From Malacoraja senta (taxonomy: Eukaryota): 64,000 nucleotides of DNA. Each line of letters opens with the position of its first letter. The stretch's first letter is position 1. Both the position numbers and the translations under genes were made by a program. The stretch covers positions 1,736,001 to 1,800,000 of the forward strand of contig CM076001.1 of NCBI GenBank assembly GCA_038087875.1, in the 5' to 3' direction. A model generated the notes under the pieces. It made no database searches and had not been told where the DNA came from. It worked only from the letters and a program-made list of their open reading frames with translations. Positions 36,400 through 49,453 of this stretch are shown here, in pieces.

Positions 36400-39310
36400 G
36401 TAGGTGAGGTGCGGTAGCACTGTTGGTGAGGGGTGACATTCAGTCCTTTGCGAGGGGTAACAGAGGGACTGACGATGTAAAGTGGCTGTGGATAGAATTG
36501 AGGAATTGTAAAGGTAAGACGACAATGGGAGTTCTCAGCAGGCCCCCAAAAAGTGGCCTGGACATAGGGTGCAATTTACAGCAGGAGTTAGAAATGGCAT
36601 GTAACAAATGTAATGCCACTGTTGTTAGGGAGTTTTCAAAATGCAGGTAGACTGGGGAAATCAGGTTGGTTCTGGGTCCCAAGAAAGCGAGTTTGTAGAG
36701 TGCCTCTGAGATGGATTCTTAAAGCAGCTTGTATTGGAACGTACCATAGTGAAGGCAACTCTGGATTTAGTGTTATCTAATTGACCAGATTCAGTAAGGG
36801 AACTCAAGGTAAAGGAATCGCTAGGAGTGAGTGACTATTACATGCTAACTTTTAATCTGCAATTTGAGACGGAGAAGCTTAAATCAGAAGTGTCAGTGTT
36901 GCAGTTGAACATAACGGACGATAACGGCATGAGAGAAGAGCGGGCCAAGGTCGACTGGAAAATGATCCTAGCAGGAATGACGGAGGAACAGCAAAGGCAG
37001 GAATATCTGAGCAAAATGCAGAAGATGCAGGATCATTTCATTCCAAGGATGAAGAAAAATCTAAGGGGAGTAAGAGGCAACCGTGGATGACAAAGGAAGT
37101 TGGGGACGGTATAAAAAGAAAAGAAAAGATGTATAACATGGCAATGAGTGGTGCATCAGAAGGTAACACAAAGGGCAATACGGGGTGCAAAGAGGAAGTA
37201 CGCAGGTAAGCTCGCCAGGAATTTAAAGGGCAGTAAATGTTTATTTAAGTATGTTAAGAGAAAAAGATTAGTAAATGCAAATGTGGGTCCCTTGATGGCA
37301 GAAACTGTTGAAATTCAGTTCAAGTTCAAGTTCAAGTTACATTTATTGTCACAAGCACCAATTGGCACAGTGCGATTTGAGTTCCGAAACAGCCATACGA
37401 ATAAAAAAGAGCACAATACACGATATAATTTAACATGAACATCCCCACACAGCGGAATTAACGTTTCCCATTGTGAGGGAAGGCAATAAATTTCAGTCAG
37501 CTTCCTCTTTGTTCACCCGTGGTCGGGAACGTTGAGTCCCCCGCCGTCGCCGCTAAGGCGGCCCGATGTTTCAGGCAATCTCGCCGGATGATAGAACTCC
37601 GACTCCACAAAAAAAGATAGAAAATACTCCAGGAACATACGTTTTTGACACACTCAAATAACAAAAGGATGAAAGGACGGACAGACTGCTGGCGAGTCTG
37701 CCGCGCGCGGCGCCACCCGATGTCGATAGATGGGGAACAAGGAATTATTATGGGGAACATGGAAATGGCAGAAGAGTTGAAAAGGCACTGGGTTTGTCTT
37801 CGCTGAGGAAGACACAGAAATCTCCCAGATGTACTAGAGGACAGAGGATCTCGGGAGACAGAGGAACTGAAATAAATTTGCATTGGGCGAGAAATATTAT
37901 TGGGTAAACGGATGGGACTCAAGTCTGCATCCCAGGGTACTCAAGGAGATGGCTCTAGAAATCGTGGACGTATTGGTGATGATTTCCTATGATCTATAGA
38001 TTCAGGATCAGTTCCTGTCGATTGGAGGGCAGCTAATGTTACCCCAATTTTCAAGAAAGAAGCGAGAGCGAAAACTGGAAATTATAGACCAGTTAGCCTG
38101 TCATCGGAGCTGAGGAACATGCCGGAGTCAATTATTAAGAAAGTAATAACGGCGCATTTGGATAGGATTTAAAGGATTGGTCCAAGTCAGCATGGATTTA
38201 TGAAGGGGTAATCCTGCTTGACTAATCTTCTGGAATGTTTTGAGAATGTGACAAGTAAAATTGATGAAGGATGTCCCTGTCAGAATGGCAGGAGTGTAGT
38301 GCCGCAAGGATCGGTGCAGGGGCCGCTGCTAATCACAATATATATATTATTGATTTAGATGATGGAATTCAAAGTAACACGAACAAATTTGCAGAAGACA
38401 CCAAGTTGGGCGACATTGTGAACTGCGAAGAGGATGCTAGATGGTTGCAGGGTGACATGGACAGGTTGGGTGAGTGGGCAGATACATGGCAGATGCGGTA
38501 TAATGTAGGTAAATGTGAGGTTATCCACTTTGACGGCAAGAAAATGGAAGCAGATTATTACCTCAATGGTGTGAGATTTGGGAAGAAGGGATGTGCAACG
38601 AGACTTGGGTGTCCTTGTACACCAGTCACTGTAAGTGAACATTCAGGTGCACCAGGTAGTGAAGAAAGCTAATGGCATGTTGGCCTTCATAACGAGGTGA
38701 TTTGCGCATTGGAGTACAGGTCCTTCTGCAGTTGTACAGGACCCTGGTGAGACAACATTTGCAGTATTATGTGCAGACTTGGTCTCCCAATTTGGGGAAA
38801 GGCATCCTTGCTATGGAGGGAGTGCAGCTAAGTTCCACAAGGGTAACCCACGGTATGGCGGGACTGTCATATGAGGAAAGATTGGAAAGATTGGGCTTGT
38901 ATTCACTGGAATTTAGGATGAGAGGGGTTCTTGTAGTAACAGAAACAATTATAAAAGGACTGGTAAAGCCAGATGCAGGACATTATTTTGTAAATGCTGG
39001 GAGAGTCCAGAACCAGGGGCCAGAGTCTAAGAGTAAAGGGGAGGATATTTAAAATTGAGATGAGAAAAGTCTTTTTCACCCAGAGAGTTGTGAATTTGGG
39101 GAATTCTGTCACAAAAGGCAGCGGAGGCCAATTCACTGGATGAAATGAAAAGAGAGCTAGATAGAGCTCTTGGGGCTGGGAGAATCAAGAGGCATGAGGA
39201 GGCAGGCACACGTTAATGATAGTTGATGTGCAGCCATGACCAATATGCATGGCGGTGCTGACTCGATGGGCCATATTACCTCCTCCTGTACCTATTTTCT
39301 ATGTTTCGAA
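36400..39310 (+). mobile_element. Degenerate CR1 LINE cluster with a nested insertion
   Basis: Broken EN and RT peptides, CR1 3' UTR near 39230-39300; (AAGTTC)n-headed insertion at ~37310-37730. Confidence 0.75.
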
Positions 39311-40399
39311 GTTTGTATTAAAATCAGTACCCCCTTCCTGCTTTCTCCCCATATCCATTGTTTCATTTAGCCCTAAGAGTTAAATCTAACTCTCTCGTGA
39401 AATCTTCCAGTGAATTGGCCTCCGCTGCCTTCTGTGGTAGAGCATTCCACAGATTCACAGCTCTCTGGGTGAAACAGATGTTCCTCATCTCAGTCGAAAG
39501 TTGTTTTGGGCCGTGTTGAGACCGCATTTGTGAGAAATTATGGTCTCCTAATTTGTGGAAGGACTTGATTGCTATTGAAGAAGTGCAGCATCGGTCCTCC
39601 AGGTTAGTTCCCGCTATGGCGGGACTGACATATGATGAAAGAATGGGTTGAGTGTGCTTTAGAAGGATGAGAGTATATCTTATAGAAACATATGAACTTC
39701 TTAAAGGGATGGGATAGGCTAGATGCAGGAAACATGTTCCCGATGTTGGGGGAGTCCAGAATAAGGGGTCAAAGTTTAAGAATAAGGATAGGTAATTTAG
39801 GACTGAAATGAGGGAAATTCTATTTCACCCAGAGAGTTGTGAATCTGTGGAATTTTCGGCCACAGAATACAGCGGAGGACAATTCACTGGATGTTTCAAG
39901 AGAAAGCTAGATTTAGCGCTTGGGGCCAAAGAAATCAAGGGTTATGTGGAACAAACAGGAACAGTGGAATAAACATGATCATTTTAGATGATTAGCCATG
40001 ATAATATTGAATTGTGATGCTGGCTCGAGGGGCCGAGTGACATACTACTGCATCGAAATTTCTGTTGCTATGTTTCTAAATGGCCTAACCCTTATTCGTA
40101 AACTGTGACCACTGTTTCTGGATTCCCTCAATATCCGGAATATTTTTACTGCATCTAGCCGGTCCAATAGTCTTGCTACTGAGGGAATGCAGCGTAGGTT
40201 GACACGGTTATTTCCAGGGGTGGTGGGGCTGTTATATGCTGAGAGAATGGAGCGGCTGAGCTTGTATACACTGGAATTTAGAAGGATAAGAGGGGATCTT
40301 ATTGAAACATATAAGATTATTAAGGCTTTTGACACGCAAGAAGCACGAACCATCTTCCCGATGTTGGGCAAGTCCAGAACCAGGGGGCCACAGTTTAAG

Positions 40400-43300
40400 A
40401 ATAAGGTGATTTTGAGTATTACATGAAAAACAGTAGATGTTTGTTCAAAGGTGTGTAAGTAATGTCCACAGGGATGTAATCTCCTTGCTTGTTTTCCCCT
40501 ATATTTACTTTATAAATATGCGAGATATATGTTTGTTTCGCTGACAACCGCTGAGCGGCTGCACCAGGAGTGATCGCCTGGCCGACGCATTAAAATGCAC
40601 GAAATTCTGATCGAGGAAAAAATAGGACTTGTGTATTATCCGATTCTGGCAGCAATCGGTATACCTGGTATGTAATTGTCGGCACATCTCATGGAACTAA
40701 CAAAGACAGTTTGAAAAGCGCAGAGTATTATAGGTTAAGAGAACATACCGAGTAGCCCAGCACGGGTTAGGGCGGCAAGGTGGCACAGCGCTAGACCAAC
40801 TGCCTGACAGCCCTTGTCTGTCCGGAGTGTGTACGTTCTACCCATAACCTTCTGGGTTTTCCATGATATCTTCGGTTTCTTCCCACGCTCCATAAAAGTA
40901 AAATAAATTGTCCCTTGTGTTTGTAGGCTGGTGTTGGTGAGCGCGATCCGTGCCGATTAGGTTGGCCGGTGGTCCTGTTTTTGCGCTGTATCCCTAAATT
41001 AAAATAAAATAAGCAATGCACATCTGAGGAGCGAGGAAGCACGTTGGTATATTTGATCGATGCCGTTCATTGAAGCTCGCAGAAATGTAGCCCTCACAGC
41101 TTTCTACTAAAATCAATGCCGTACTTGCGTTGTTGCGAGGTGAAGCGAAACTTCGTCCTCGCTGTGAGTGGCAGTTTCTGTTCCACTGTGCGTACTGCAT
41201 TCGGCAGAACGAGAAATACACCCCGTCGAGTAATTTGGCACTGCATTTTCTGTATCGCTCTTAAATTCTCATAGGAATAATTTCGCTGGGACAGATTTAA
41301 AGGTCGTACGAACAACTAGCTCCACAACAACCTACTCCAGTGATAACAAAGAACTGGTTAACTCAGTCAGTCTTGCAGCATCTCTGGAGGACCGACGCAG
41401 TCGACGTATCGGTTTGGGATCATTCTTGCTATCGGAGTCTGAAGAAGGGGCTCGAGCTGATACGTCGCCTATCTATGTCCTGCTGAGATATTGCTTGCGC
41501 CACTGAGATAGTTCAGCACTTGTTCTTGTCAGATGCAGTACGGAGGCCCGCCCGCTGTTCGGCAGAAAATACTTGCCCGTTATGTTGTTAGCCGTGTTTG
41601 TGAAGGGTGTTTGTAATTATATTTGCAGTGCTTAACTGAATCCCTTTCCTTGGTCTCATGTTCGGAAATGCATTCTCGAAGGCCCAATGGAAAACAGACC
41701 GCGTTCATCCAGACCACGAATGCCCCGACGCAAATGTTCCTCACGTCTCAGCAATAAAAATGATACTGCGCATTTGAATTTACCGTTATTAAAATGAAAT
41801 CAAATATTTGATATTGGAAGGATCCCCTCTTAATTCTGATTTGATCGACGGTAATTTGGATTGTTAATTTCATTTTTAGATACACTGACTGACCTGTTGA
41901 AAATGTTCTATATTTTGTATCAAAATCAAACGATTGGCATAATGTTGTGAAGATTAGTACAAAAGGCAATCCCATTAATTTTGGTAAACAGGATTTTAAT
42001 CATTTGCAGATTACATTCATGTTTACCAATATTGGATTGCCATTTAGACTAACATTTCCATCGTTATGGCATTCTTTTCTACATAAGGCAATCCCACTAA
42101 TTTTGGTAATCACGAATTTAATAATTTATTGATTGAACAACTTTCTGGCAAACGAATGACGGATGACTGTCCCAAATATTAATTCGTTAAGTAAATAGTC
42201 TCTACTAATGGCGACACAGGTTTACATTACTCCGTCTGCTCCCACCCACCAGCCCGTACATCACACAATTAATCCGTTTCCGTTTTCATTCTTTCCCAGT
42301 GAACCTGATGGCGATTTTGATCTTGTCCCGTGGCAAGTGCGGCCTTTCCAAGTGCATCACTCGTTACATGGTAGCCATGGCGACCGCCGACCTCTCTGTG
42401 ATTCTCTGTGAGGTGATATTTCACCGGATTGCTGATATTTATTGGTGGCATGCTTCGATGCCCTACACTCCTCTGTGCAAAATAACGATCTACCTGGCAT
42501 CCGTCACGGTGAATTGTTCGGTATGGTTCACAGTCGCTTTCACCTTTGATCGCTTTGTTGCGATTTCTACTCAGAAAATGAAAACCAAGTATTGCACCGA
42601 GAGAACCGCGTCGATTGTTATCCTGACAGTGAGCCCATTCGTCTGCGTTAAAAACGTTCCCTTGCCGTTCGCATACGTTTCCTATAGCGGAATGGCTGGA
42701 GAGCACGGCTGCCTCAAACCTGTAGCGTTTTATATGCGTCCCGAATGGATGGTGTTCTCTTGGATCGAACAGTTGTTCACCCCGGCGATTCCATTCTGCC
42801 TGATTTTGTTGCTTAACGCGCTGACCGTCAGGCGTATTTCCGTGGCCAGTCGGGTCCGTAGGAACCTCCGAGACCTCAGCGGTGGGGAGAAAAAGAAAGA
42901 CCAGGAGATGGTGAACCGCAGACGATCGGTCGTTTTACTTCTGGCAATCTCGAGCTGCTTCATCCTTCTCTGGGCCACAAGTGTCGCACATTTTATTGCG
43001 GTTCGAAGTTTGAAAGTGTTTATGTACAAGGCCTGGAGAAACCCTATGGTAGGATTGGAAAATGTTGGATTTATGCTTCAGCTGCTGAGCTCCTGCACCA
43101 ACACGGCCATTTACACCGTGACACAGAGCAAGTTCAGAGAGGAGCTGTTCCGTGTGCTAACATATCCGATCATTTGCACTGGAAAGATATTTAAATCGGT
43201 AAAGTGTAAGTTAAAGTAATATAACAAAACCGAGTGGACACAAAAATGCTGGAGAAACTCAGCGGGTGCAGCAGCATCTGCAGTTCCTTCCTACTCCATA

Positions 43301-46300
43301 GATGCTGTTGCACCCGCTGAGTTTTTCCAGCATTTTTGTGTACCTTCGATTTTCCAGCATCTGCAGTTCCTTCTTACTCCATAGATGCTGCTGCACCCGC
43401 TGAGCTTTTCCAGCATTTTTGTGTACCTTCGATTTTCCAGCATCTGCAGTTCCTCTTAAACTTCTTTAACAAAAACGAGTAACCAGCTGGGCTTCATGCG
43501 TTGCTTTGTTGTAGGGCTTATGTGAAAAGACAGCATTTAATGTGTGGACATTGCACGACCATTCGCCCTGTCGGGCACGCCCAGCTGCTTAGTAGGTTCA
43601 TGGGCTCAATTTAGTATCACCTCTTGTCCGTAGTCCCCTGTGCCCCGTTCAATCAATCAACTCCTGTGTTTTCACGAATATGAATACATATGCCTGGAAC
43701 ATATCGTTTTCAAAACGAGTGAATAGGTGCAACGTGTTGTATTTATGATTTCCTTTCATCATTGAAAAATCGTATCATTGCTCATTAACGATGTTTTCCG
43801 TTTAAATAGAATCTGCTGTTTTAGCAACGGATGAACTAGATTGCGTAAAGTTCCATACAGATACCGTGCTTAAAATACCTTATCTATGCGGAAAACCTCT
43901 ATCGGAAGTAAAGCTATAGGTGAGGAGTGCCAGAAATACAAAATCACGAGAGGAATATATCGGGTAGATGCACAGTCTTTTGCTGAGAGAATCGACTACC
44001 GGAGGACATAGGTTCAAGGAGAAGGGAAACATTCTCTTAAATAATCCTAAATCCTAAATAATAGGAATCCGTGGAGAAACATTTTCACACAAAGGGTAGT
44101 GGGTGTATGGAACAAGCTGCCACAGCAGGTAGTTGAGGCTTGTACTATCCCATCGTTGAAGAAACAATTAGGCAGGTACAAGGATATGCGAGATTTGGAG
44201 GGTTATGGACCAAGGGCAGGCAAGTGGGACTAGTTTATCTGGGATATTGTTGGCCGGTGCGGCGAGTTGGGTGGAAGGTCCTGATACCACAATGTATCAC
44301 TCTATGACTGTGATTCTATGATCCTATTTACGGTAACAAATCATTTTCCGCATTTGCCTCTACGTTCTGACGGTGGCCAAACATTTTAACACCTCTTCCC
44401 ATTCCCATATAAACCATTGTGTCGTTGTCCTCATCAACTGTTAGAGCGAGGCCACGCAAGAAAAAATGGAGGAACAGCAACTCGTATGTCGCATGTCTCC
44501 CTTTATCTCACCCTCTCCCCCAGCCTAGTCATCATACTAGTTGTACTGCTCGCATCTTTGTAGTGGTTTGTTATCACTTATTCCCCAGCCAACAATGGGC
44601 GATTATGGGCTCATTTCTTTCTTAGACATTTGTTTCCTTCCCTGCCTCGTTCTGGCCTACTCTTGCATCCAGTGGCCTCGCCCTACTTTCAGACGGAAGA
44701 AAGATTCTGACCAGAAACGTCATCTATCCTTTTCCTCCAGAGATACTGCCTGCTGTTCATTTGCACTTAAGAGGCAGTAAGCCGCATAATGTTCCCCTGA
44801 TACTACAACATTGTGGCTGGTGGAGGGTTAACTTTGTATCTACCTATTTCTCATCTTCCCTCGCAATCTGTGAATAAAATCAAATATTATGTCAATTATG
44901 AATTAAAATGAAGATACCTTGTTCTAAAAAAAAACATTGATGGTGCACTATTGTTCACCAATGGCTAATAAATTAAGTGATATTACACTCCTCCAGGTGT
45001 CCATATGTCATCTCTTCCAATATTATCATGCAGCATCCCCTCACCGGGACATGTTTAGCCGCGGTTTCCGTGAAATATAAATCTGAGCGGAATTATTCTG
45101 TGTGATGGGGAAAACTGTGAACCATATTTCTCTCCATTTAGTAGGGATAATCGCAACGAAGACCATTGTACCTCTTCCTACTCGTGTGTTTCTTTGGATG
45201 CAGCAGCCTCCTTAGTCCAAATGGCTTGAATTCAGTTGCTAAAATCTTACCTTCTCCGCTGTTGTCCCCATTGAAAGTATATTGCATTTCCCATGAATAT
45301 ATTGATGATTCTCCCGATCAACTCTACATAGCCTTACTATGTGGGATCCTTAAAATTTGCTGATCTCTCGTGAAACAAATTTGGAAGTATCTTTCCTGCT
45401 AAATAAAGGTGAAAATATGTTGTATGAATCTTTTATATTTTTCTTTCAGCTCCACCCTGATTCCAACGCTATTTCGCGCAGTTCTGAGGGGGGGGGGGGG
45501 TTCCGTATCGATCGCATGTAAATCCGGAGCTTATGTCTCTCGTGTCACATGGCCTCTGTGCGGCCGGTGCCGTGCTCGGACCACTGTCTGGTGTGAGTGG
45601 ACTTTATCCTAGCGCGCACACCAGCTGGGTCCGCGTTCTGGCACTTTAATAACCAGCTGCTGGAGGGTAGCCGATTCCAGGAGTCATTCGGTTGATTTTG
45701 GTTGAAGTGAAGAGAGGGGCGGAGGGGTTTCCCTTCCATTAGGCTGTGGTGGGATGTGGGAAAGGCTTATATCCATCCTTTTGTCAGGGGTTCACGTCGG
45801 GTTCGACCAGAATTACTCGACCCTGAATCTCGCTTGGGTCGGATTGGTGAGGACTCCTTTGAGTGGGGAGGGTTTCAAGAGAGGAAGGCAGCACGGAGGG
45901 ACCTGCAGCTTCAGCGGTCTCGAGATGCTTACGTGAGGTCGCGGGTCCAGATGCTGCACGATCTAGTCCGTGCATCACCTTTTTTTTCTCTCTCTGGAGA
46001 AAGGGCGGGGATACCGCAAACAGCTCCTCTGTTAAAGATCCAGAAAAGATCAGTGCTTTAGTTCGGTCATTTTGTGGGTCCATGTTCTCCGCAGATGGAT
46101 TCATAGGGGACGCTCAGCTAGTCCCGTGGGAGGGTCTACTGACTGTAGATAGAGAGGTGTTTGAACTCCTTGACGACCCCTTTTCATTGGAGGAGTTGAC
46201 CCTGGTGTGGCAAATCCGCAGTCGGATTGGCTGACGGTAGAGTTTTCTGGGATGTCCTGGGGGTTGACTACATGAAGGTCCTGTGGAGGTGGGGGAGAGT

Positions 46301-46985
46301 GGAGCCTGGCGACCCGTGATCTATGGAGAGAAGGAATAGGTGACGTTTCGGGTCGAGACCCTTCTGCAGCCTGATGTGGGGGTGGGGGGGCGGGAAGAAG
46401 AAAGGAAGAGGCGGAGACAGTGGGCTATGGGAGAGCTGGGAAGGGGAGGGGATGGAGGGAGAAAACAAGGACTACCTGAAATTGGAGAAATCAATGTTCA
46501 TACCGCTGGGGTGTAAACTACCCAAGCGAAATATGTGGTGCCGCTCCTCCAATTTGCGGTGGGACTCACTATGTTCTGTGAGTAGATTAAGGCACAATAA
46601 TTAAGCCAGTTTCCCTCATGTGGTCCGGATTCGAGTTCCGTTCAGGGAAGGGGGGCATTTATTTCTCGAGTGCGGAACTGAGCAGCTCCCACCTTCTGCA
46701 TATTGTGCACCGCCACCAGCATATAAATAGTGGGTAGTCCATCAGTCTTTATACTGGTACGTCTGCTGCTTCGTCGTAAAGTATACTGATACAAATTGGC
46801 AACAGTAGCTGAATGTGATTTTTAAACAGTTTTAGTCTGTGCGTGTTTGTGTTGTGCTCGTGTGTATGAAAAACGGTGAGAATAAAAATCGACGGCTGAT
46901 GTTTACCTGGCCACTGACGTCTACTCAGATATTTAAAGCCAGGGCCGATTTACAACTTCAGCTCCATTTCCGCCTATTATCCACA
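40400..46985. repeat. Segmental duplication, paralog of ~20200-26646 (GPCR and 3' flank)
   Basis: Co-linear exons, intron, SINE, Penelope and Tx1 fragments. Confidence 0.9.
40595..43219 (+). CDS. Class A GPCR, GPR139/142-like chondrichthyan type, copy 2; exon 1 40595-40667, exon 2 42300-43219; ~330 aa
   Basis: Exon 1 MHEILIEEKIGLVYYPILAAIGIP ends G|GTATGT; same acceptor as copy 1; intact seven-TM ORF with DRF and NTAIY. Confidence 0.88.
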
Positions 46986-47202
46986 NNNNNNNNNNNNNNN
47001 NNNNNNNNNNNNNNNNNNNNNNNNNNNNNNNNNNNNNNNNNNNNNNNNNNNNNNNNNNNNNNNNNNNNNNNNNNNNNNNNNNNNNNNNNNNNNNNNNNNN
47101 NNNNNNNNNNNNNNNNNNNNNNNNNNNNNNNNNNNNNNNNNNNNNNNNNNNNNNNNNNNNNNNNNNNNNNNNNNNNNNNNNNNNNNNNNNNNNNNNNNNN
47201 NN
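46986..47202. other. Assembly gap (217 N)
   Basis: Run of N. Confidence 1.
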
Positions 47203-49453
47203 ACTATATTGGCATGATAAAATACATTGTTATATTGCCAAAGTATAAACCATGACATACATATTTAAAATGCATAAGTATAAATTACAAATATACAGTG
47301 CATGGATAGATATGTCCCTGTACATAAACTCGCAAGAGGCCTAAGCCCTTTATTGATTGCTACACGTTCTTGCAGCTGTAAGCAGTACAAGAGGATAGCA
47401 ATTAAGCAATTCAATATTAATTTCTTAGTGTCAGTTAATGTTAATTAGTGTGTGCGTACATATGTGCATATTGGTCATTCACCGTCATTCAGGTTATGGC
47501 ATGCTGTTACGTATTGTGCACCAAGATGTGCCGTATTTCCTTCACCAAGGATTATACTTAGTTTTGATGTATCATATAGTTTTTTAAAATCAGGGGTTGC
47601 CTGACTGAGTTTGTCAAAGTATGTTTTCCTTGTTTTGTCAAATTTTTTGCATTTTAGGAGGAAGTGCACCTCTGTTTTAACCTCATCTGTCAAACAGTGG
47701 CCGCGTATTCTGTTTTCTCTTGGTTGCCAGAATCTCTTCTGTCTTCCTTTTTCAACTGCCAAATAGTGGTCACAGCCTGTATTTTGGTGAGGGTCTGTCT
47801 CTGTTTTATTTCTCTAACAGTTGAGAGATATTCTGCCAATTTATAATTTCTTTTTAGGGCACGGTAACATTATAATCTGCTTTGGCTTTTGGTTTCTTTA
47901 TCCCAATGTTCCAAATACGTTTCTTTACATTGTTTGATAATTTGGTTCACTGTAACTGGTGATTGGGGATCAGTATTGATCTGAGGCTGGTCAGGATTTA
48001 ACTGGATAGGGTTTAACTGGATGGGGGTAGTTAGTCTCCGTACCAACTGACACAGGGAACTCTTTTCTGTGCTCCCCTCTTGTGTTTTAAGCGCTTTAAA
48101 CTGGAGGGTATCTGGTGGGCTAGATTTAAAGTGATCCCAAAAATTTAGTGCTCTTTTCTGGATATTTATTATTAGTGGGTATCTGCCTAATTCCGCCCTA
48201 CATGCGTTTGTTGGTGTTTTCCTTTGGATGCGGAGGATGTTCCGACAAAATTCCGCATGCAGGCCTCCGTGGTATGTTTTTCCCATTTACTATAACTATG
48301 GTGACTGAGCGGCCACCATACTTCACTACCATAAAGCGCAATAGGCTGGATTACACTGTCAAATATTTAAAGCCAGATTTCAATTGGAATTTGGAGGTTG
48401 TAGAATCTTCTTTTTATTGCATACAGAGCTCTTCGAGCTTTCTATTTTAGTACATTCACTGCCATATTGAAGCTCCCTGATGCTGCAACAGTTTGACCAA
48501 GGTAGGTATAACTCATAGTGTGTTCGATAATAATCCCATTGAGAACATAAATTTGTATTTATCTTCCTGACATCTGGTCTTTTCTGAAAAACATGATGTT
48601 GCTTTTCTTTCGATTTACTGCTAGGGCCCAATTTTGGCAGTACTCATCATGCAGGTCCATCTGTTGCTGCAGCCCCTGTTCTGTGGGGGACAGCAGAACC
48701 AAGTCATCCGCATAAAACAGGGATTTTACCTCTCCGTCCAGAAGACAGAGGCCCGGCACAGTGCTCTGGTCCAGCTTTACTGCCAAATCGTTGATATATA
48801 CATTAAACAGTGTCGGGCTCAGATTGCAGCCTTGCCGGACGCCTCTTCTCTGGGCGAAGAGATCAGTGCGTTTGTCCCCAATTTTAACGCCACATTTATT
48901 ATTCAGATACATTGATTTGATAAGGTCATATACCTTTCCTCCTATACCACAACAGAGGAGTTTGTAAATAGAGCCATTCATGCCAAATAGAGTCAAATGC
49001 TTTCTCAAAGTCAATAAAACAGGCAAATATTTTTCCATTTTTTGCCTGGTGTACATGGTTTTTAATGAGAGTGTGGAGGGTGTAAATGTGGTCAGTGGTA
49101 CGGTGTTTTGGGAGGAAGCCAATTTGGTTTTTAATGTTGTATTTGTTTGGGTCTAGTTTGTTTCCACTCTTATAAATGGGTGAAATAAGCCCTTGGCACC
49201 AAATATCAGGGAAATAACCTGAACGTATTATGATGTTGAACAGCCTAAGCACTGTCCTGCATCTCCGGAGTGCTGTACTTGAGCATTTCATTTTTAATGC
49301 TATCTGGACCACAGGCTTTCTTTGAGTGAAGAGATTTTATTTTTAAGGTCAGTTCTTCCAAAGTAATCGGGAAATCAAGGGGGTTTTGATAATCTTTAAT
49401 TACTATTTCTAGTGTTTGGAGTTTTTCTTTGATATGAGAATGATTTGAGTTTA
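47203..49453 (-). mobile_element. RTE-X/L2-like LINE, paralog of 26854-30475, lacking the CR1 insertion and truncated by a deletion
   Basis: Co-linear with 26854-27251 plus 28614-30475. Confidence 0.78.
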
